Shown piece after piece: positions 7,653-12,061 of a stretch of 12,061 nucleotides of DNA. Numbering within the stretch: position 1 is the stretch's first letter; each line of letters starts with the position of its first letter. The notes under the pieces are model-generated. The model saw only the letters and a list, made by a program, of their open reading frames with translations. It did no database searches and was not told where the DNA came from. Source of the stretch: Candidatus Hodarchaeum mangrovi (lineage in GTDB: Archaea > Asgardarchaeota > Heimdallarchaeia > Hodarchaeales > Hodarchaeaceae); the NCBI GenBank assembly GCA_016839515.1, contig JAEOUE010000059.1, positions 1 to 12,061 on the forward strand, written 5' to 3'. Made by a program: the position numbers and the translations under genes.

Positions 7653-9305
7653 ATGAAAAAGAGATCAATATTGATTAAGATTTTTTCTGTTGGATTAATT
7701 TTTGTAGTTGCTACTACAACTGGAATGCTTAAATCAGAAAACTCATTTCAATTCGCTCAGCTGGATTTTTTCTTTTCTGAACCTCTTGCAGGAATAAAAG
7801 CTGATTATAGTCCTGGACTTTCTCCTGAAGAATCATTAAATATTTTTTTTGACATAATAAATAATCAGTCGATCACAACTGGGAATGATACTGATCTACA
7901 GCAGGATAACATTTTCACATTAATGAAGCACTCCAAGTTTGGATTCAATTCATTAGTTTTAGTACTTGAACATATTCGAAGAACACAAACGATTTTCCCT
8001 CTTCCAACCATTGAGTGGAACGCCACAGTACCTTTTATAAAACTTCTCCATCAATTTCAACTTGATTCAGGCGAACAGATCATTATATCTAAGGATATTT
8101 TGGGATTTGCTTTGAAATTAAATAGTAGCGATTTTAAGGCAAATGAGTACCAGTTAGGCTATCCTAATATTCCAATTGAATTTTTAGAATTCTTGATCAC
8201 TGAATTTAGTCAAGGCTTTAGCATAAAACAAGACCAGATTGATACATCTGGGACTATTTTTTCAACAACCTCAAATTGTAGTATCGCTTTGGAAGAGACA
8301 ATGAACGAAGTGGTCGTAACAATTAATTTTGAGAATATAACTTACCTATTTCAAAATAATAGCATTGATCTTGATGAGATTACTCCTAATAAATTTGATC
8401 TATCAAGGAAATTTTTAATTATCCAATTTAAGGATATAGCTTTTACAATTTGTCTTAGAAAATTTAGTCCTAATGAATTAGTAGGCATGGAGACATTTAC
8501 ACAAATATCTATAGGTGATGTATTAAATTTAATAATTAATGAACCATTGCCAACTGAAGGTTCTTGGGACTGGTCTATTGAACATACCATTCAAAAAGAC
8601 TTTCTAGGTTTGATTCCAATAGAAGAAGTTTTATCTTGGTACTCTGGACCTGATATTCAAAAGAGACTAAGCCTTTTTAGTGAGACTCAATTTTCTTTTC
8701 TAACCTCCTATCAAATAGCGATATTGAACGGCACAGAGAGATTAAAGGACAAAATTCTAATTGATAATACTCCTATAACAACATTGGAATTAGCACAAAT
8801 GAATGTACCAGTCAATGAGGAAATCAAAATTAATTATAATGAAATTCCCTATTTTGTAAAAAAATTTATTGGATTTGATTTTGTAAATAAAGATGAGAAT
8901 CAGATTGATCAATTAGAAAGTAATTTGATTGCTCTTTCCCAACAGTCTGGTTTTTCTGGAAATAAATTATTTCTTGAAAAGACAATATTAGTTCGAGAAC
9001 TTATTAGTGAAGGGCTTAAACGATTTATCAATAAACCTGAGATTATACAATTAACTAGTGACCAGCTTTACCAATTATGCGGATTATATTTTACTTATTC
9101 CAGGTTTATTCAAGATTCATCTATTAAATCGTGGGATGGAAAGAAATTCTACTTCAATTCGATAGAAGAGGGAATTAGAAAAATTGGTTTACAAATATCA
9201 GGAAAAAATGATCAAATTACATCATTTAACATTGTTCATTGGATACTTGTTATATTAATTATGATCCCACTTTCAAAAAGACATAGAATTATCCTATTCA
9301 AATAA
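7653..9305 (+). CDS. Secreted, C-terminally anchored surface glycoprotein; diverged paralog of 9622..11379
   Basis: ATG 7653 lies 2 nt after the regulator stop (TAA-TA-ATG) and gives a normal signal peptide MKKRSILIKIFSVGLIFVVATTTG; the track start at 7620 overlaps the regulator. Many sequons (NQS, NDT, NAT, NSS, NCS, NIT, NNS, NGT). The C-terminus is ITSF + hydrophobic helix + KRHR. Confidence 0.75.
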   Translation: MKKRSILIKIFSVGLIFVVATTTGMLKSENSFQFAQLDFFFSEPLAGIKADYSPGLSPEESLNIFFDIINNQSITTGNDTDLQQDNIFTLMKHSKFGFNSLVLVLEHIRRTQTIFPLPTIEWNATVPFIKLLHQFQLDSGEQIIISKDILGFALKLNSSDFKANEYQLGYPNIPIEFLEFLITEFSQGFSIKQDQIDTSGTIFSTTSNCSIALEETMNEVVVTINFENITYLFQNNSIDLDEITPNKFDLSRKFLIIQFKDIAFTICLRKFSPNELVGMETFTQISIGDVLNLIINEPLPTEGSWDWSIEHTIQKDFLGLIPIEEVLSWYSGPDIQKRLSLFSETQFSFLTSYQIAILNGTERLKDKILIDNTPITTLELAQMNVPVNEEIKINYNEIPYFVKKFIGFDFVNKDENQIDQLESNLIALSQQSGFSGNKLFLEKTILVRELISEGLKRFINKPEIIQLTSDQLYQLCGLYFTYSRFIQDSSIKSWDGKKFYFNSIEEGIRKIGLQISGKNDQITSFNIVHWILVILIMIPLSKRHRIILFK

Positions 9306-9501
9306 ATAAGCTTTTAAATTAGCAAAAAAACTCCTAAGCTCATTCCAATTGCTTAAGATTATATACCAAAGTAATTAAGAGTGATACAGGATTAGTAATA
9401 TGTTTTGAATCTTTGAACAGCTGATAAAAAATACAAATCTGCGGATAATTTACCTAGCGGTTAATCTCTTTGATGTTATGCCGAAATTTATTCCATACTA
9501 G

Positions 9502-9509
9502 TTTATATA
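9502..9509 (+). promoter_or_regulatory. Putative TATA box of the PGF-CTERM surface protein gene
   Basis: Consensus TTTATATA about 115 nt upstream of ATG 9622, with SD GGTGAT at 9610-9615. This implies a leader of about 90 nt. Confidence 0.5.
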
Positions 9510-9621
9510 TGAGACATGAGTGATATTTCATAGATTAAGGACTCTGGATAGAAAAAGAATGATTTAAACATAAAAATCAAAATTCCTATTCTTTAAGTCC
9601 AAAATTAATGGTGATAAAGTA

Positions 9622-11379
9622 ATGAAAAGGAAAATTCTATTTGGATCTTCAGTAATCCTATTACTGATTATTCTAACCTTTACTTCTCCAGCATCTGCTG
9701 CAACATTTGCAGGTCATGATTTTACAGAAGAATATTTTGCAGTAGAGGTTGATTTAGCTGTTCCTGATCCTAGTCAACCTGATGTCATCTCTGACCTTTT
9801 AAATGCAGCTGCACCTATTGGAGATTCTAATGAAGATTTCGATATCCAATTCTATATGAATTATATGAATAATTCAGGGATCGAAACTGCCTTTTCCGCA
9901 TTAGAAAAGGTAGAATACGATTTGAAATTTGGTGATCTTTTATCAAGCGATGTCAAAACTGTTCTTGAAATGAACCCCACTTATGATGAGGCTTTAGAAG
10001 CAAGTATTTTTCATATTAATGCTACTGCACCGTTTCAACAATTAGTACAACACTATAAAACACCTTGGGCCGAAGATGTCTTTGTTACAAATAACTTCAT
10101 GTCATTGATTGCATACTCTTCAAGTCCTGATGACCAAATTATGGATTCTGGAGATGAAATTTTCATGGGATATACTTTTAGTGCTCAAGAATTAATTGAT
10201 GCAGTAAATACAGTTCTATCAAATAACGGTAAAACTTATCAAATCGGTTATTTTGATTATAATCCTTATTTTGAGAAAACCGCAACAGGCTTTAAATTTG
10301 GGATTGACTATTCAAATATGTTCGTTCTATGGCAAAGTCTCGCTATAAAACCAAGAGGGGTTAATATCTTCGGACAGTCTGTTCCAACTGCTGCTGTTCA
10401 ATCTGAAACAAATGGAATAATCTTTGGACAAGACATTGTTGCAGCAAGTGTTCTTGATTTTCTCAATTTTGAGTATATATTTGAAACTCAAACAATAACT
10501 GGTGCAAATGAATATGTTTTAGGAACCGTAACAACCCATTATAACATTGGAGAAACGAATTTATTAGTTGTGAAAGAAACTAGTATTCCAAGCGAAGAAT
10601 GGAGTTTTAGTCCATTTCTAGCAACCCCTTCCTACACCTTTAATATACCTTCAGTTCTTGTTGGAACTCCTATTCCTATAGCAGGAGTTAATATTCCCTC
10701 ATCTGTAACCATAAATCTTCCTGAATTAGCATTCTATATTGATGATGATGCAAAGACAAGAATGCGCTTGGCAAACAGTTTTGGCCTTACAGTAGCTACC
10801 GCGACAACAACATTTGGTCTTTCAGTTTCTGATCCAACTTATGAAGACAATCTAGATCAAACTACTAGCACAATTGATATTGCAATGGGTGGAAATACCT
10901 TTTTCTTCACAGAATTTACTGGAAAAAACACCTACAAACTGCTAGGTCTTCAAAGTCTGTTTGGTATTGACCCAACAGTTGATCGTCCTGTACATATTCT
11001 TCCCTTTGATCCAGCTGGTTGGATAGTAACCAATGTTGCACATGCTTACTTTGTGGTTGAATTTGCTTTAGCTTATGGATTTACAAAATTCCTAGCTGAA
11101 CAATTATCACCTCAGCTATTTACAATGCCATCTAAAGAACTTTATATCAATTGGGTGTTATACTTTACATTCACTGAATTCCCAGAGTGGTACGGTGGTG
11201 AGATCTTACACGATCCTTCATACTCAGCTGTTGCAGCACTATCTGTTTCAGGAGCTTCGTCTACTACCGCTCCTCCAGGTGGCGATACAACTGGATTAGG
11301 AATACCAGGATTTGAATTAATCTCAGTTCTCCTTGCAATTCCTCCCCTATATGCTTTATACCGTAAAAGACGGCGATAA
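9622..11379 (+). CDS. Cell-surface (candidate S-layer-like) protein with PGF-CTERM-type archaeosortase sorting signal
   Basis: Sec signal peptide MKRKILFGSSVILLLIILTFTSPASA|A. The body is acidic and rich in aromatic residues and Thr, ending W.G..I.HDP. It is followed by an S/T/P/G linker SVSGASSTTAPPGGDTTG and the tripartite tail IPGF-ELISVLLAIPPLYALY-RKRRR. Confidence 0.85.
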   Translation: MKRKILFGSSVILLLIILTFTSPASAATFAGHDFTEEYFAVEVDLAVPDPSQPDVISDLLNAAAPIGDSNEDFDIQFYMNYMNNSGIETAFSALEKVEYDLKFGDLLSSDVKTVLEMNPTYDEALEASIFHINATAPFQQLVQHYKTPWAEDVFVTNNFMSLIAYSSSPDDQIMDSGDEIFMGYTFSAQELIDAVNTVLSNNGKTYQIGYFDYNPYFEKTATGFKFGIDYSNMFVLWQSLAIKPRGVNIFGQSVPTAAVQSETNGIIFGQDIVAASVLDFLNFEYIFETQTITGANEYVLGTVTTHYNIGETNLLVVKETSIPSEEWSFSPFLATPSYTFNIPSVLVGTPIPIAGVNIPSSVTINLPELAFYIDDDAKTRMRLANSFGLTVATATTTFGLSVSDPTYEDNLDQTTSTIDIAMGGNTFFFTEFTGKNTYKLLGLQSLFGIDPTVDRPVHILPFDPAGWIVTNVAHAYFVVEFALAYGFTKFLAEQLSPQLFTMPSKELYINWVLYFTFTEFPEWYGGEILHDPSYSAVAALSVSGASSTTAPPGGDTTGLGIPGFELISVLLAIPPLYALYRKRRR

Positions 11380-11382
11380 AGC

Positions 11383-11399
11383 TTTTCTTCCTTTTTTTT
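11383..11399 (+). terminator. Oligo-T terminator of the surface protein gene
   Basis: TTTTCTTCCTTTTTTTT lies immediately after the TAA at 11379. Confidence 0.6.
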
Positions 11400-11653
11400 C
11401 AATAAAGTCGGGTAGGGATTTCTGAAGTAGTTTTAGCTTGTTAAGTCCTCACAGTCTTAGAGTCTAATGGAAATAGGTGATTTAATTCTTACTTTTTGAA
11501 GATGAAATTTATGGATGAAATTCTTGAATAAAAAATAGATCAAAATTTTTTTAATTTGAATTCCTTTAAAATGAATTAATGAAATTATTAATTATCTCAA
11601 TTAAAAGTTAATTATTCTCATAAAATTAATACGAATAAAGCGAATGATCCATT

Positions 11654-12061
11654 ATGGCAATTATAGATCCCCTCTTAGACCCTTTTAATTTAATTATTTC
11701 ATTTTTTCTAAGTTTTTCACCTGTTATTATTCTTTTTCTTCCCTATCTATTGACCAGAAGGAAAAATGAGAACTTTATTGCCATTCTTTATAATCGTGCA
11801 TATATTGGATTTTTTGTGTTTTATCTTGCTTATTTCATTTTTCCCAGTATATTAAACTTCTTAGTACCTAATCCAACTGGTTATCTGAATAAGGAATATT
11901 ATTCCGTACCAGGAACAAATCAATGGACGACGGTATGGGATTCCGCAGCTGTGGTAAGATTTGGATTAATCTATCTTCCCGTCCCTTTACTTATAAAATA
12001 TTTGATCGGACACTTCGTTAATTCGATTATTATATATTTAACATATCCTGTGGTAATTTTA
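11654..12061 (+). CDS. Multi-pass membrane protein, 5' part only (runs off the window; absent from ORF track)
   Basis: Hand translation from ATG 11654 is open for 136 codons to the window edge: MAIIDPLLDPFNLIISFFLSFSPVIILFLPYLLTRRKNENFIAILYNRAYIGFFVFYLAYFIFPSILNFLVPNPTGYLNKEYYSVPGTNQWTTVWDSAAVVRFGLIYLPVPLLIKYLIGHFVNSIIIYLTYPVVIL. It has at least three hydrophobic segments, and an in-frame TGA lies upstream at 11645. Confidence 0.8.
   Translation, partial: MAIIDPLLDPFNLIISFFLSFSPVIILFLPYLLTRRKNENFIAILYNRAYIGFFVFYLAYFIFPSILNFLVPNPTGYLNKEYYSVPGTNQWTTVWDSAAVVRFGLIYLPVPLLIKYLIGHFVNSIIIYLTYPVVIL

Noticed and set aside
6379-11402. Short minus-strand ORFs 6379..6573, 8351..8590, 11142..11402
   Set aside because: Antisense to long plus-strand genes with coherent domain architecture, and no independent support.
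3300-11457. Exact 11-nt repeat CCTCACAGTCT at 3300-3310 and 11447-11457
   Set aside because: 11-mer matches are expected by chance in 12 kb. There is no flanking similarity, transposase or target-site context.
1-12061. tRNA, rRNA, CRISPR array or IS element
   Set aside because: All intergenic regions are short and AT-rich. I saw no cloverleaf or T-loop motifs, no regularly spaced repeats, and no transposase or integrase ORF.

Overview
AT-rich archaeal window, most likely from an Asgard archaeon (Heimdallarchaeia/Hodarchaeales-like; this is inferred from gene content, not from a marker gene). The left part is a housekeeping block on the minus strand: Zn-ribbon protein, EF-1beta, Cdc48/p97 AAA+ ATPase and a small winged-helix protein. 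Divergent from it are two adjacent eukaryotic-signature genes, a Roadblock/LC7 protein and a protein that aligns without gaps to the core of eukaryotic ARPC4 (Arp2/3 complex p20 subunit). These are followed by a lone class III signal peptide pilin and a HIT hydrolase (both minus strand). The right half is a cell-surface module: a membrane-anchored regulator (extracellular domain plus double winged HTH) followed by two deeply diverged, paralogous secreted glycoproteins. One has a canonical PGF-CTERM-type sorting signal and the other a degenerate one. A membrane-protein ORF missing from the ORF track runs off the right edge. No rRNA, tRNA, CRISPR array or mobile element was seen. All family calls were made by eye from recalled motifs; no database searches were run.
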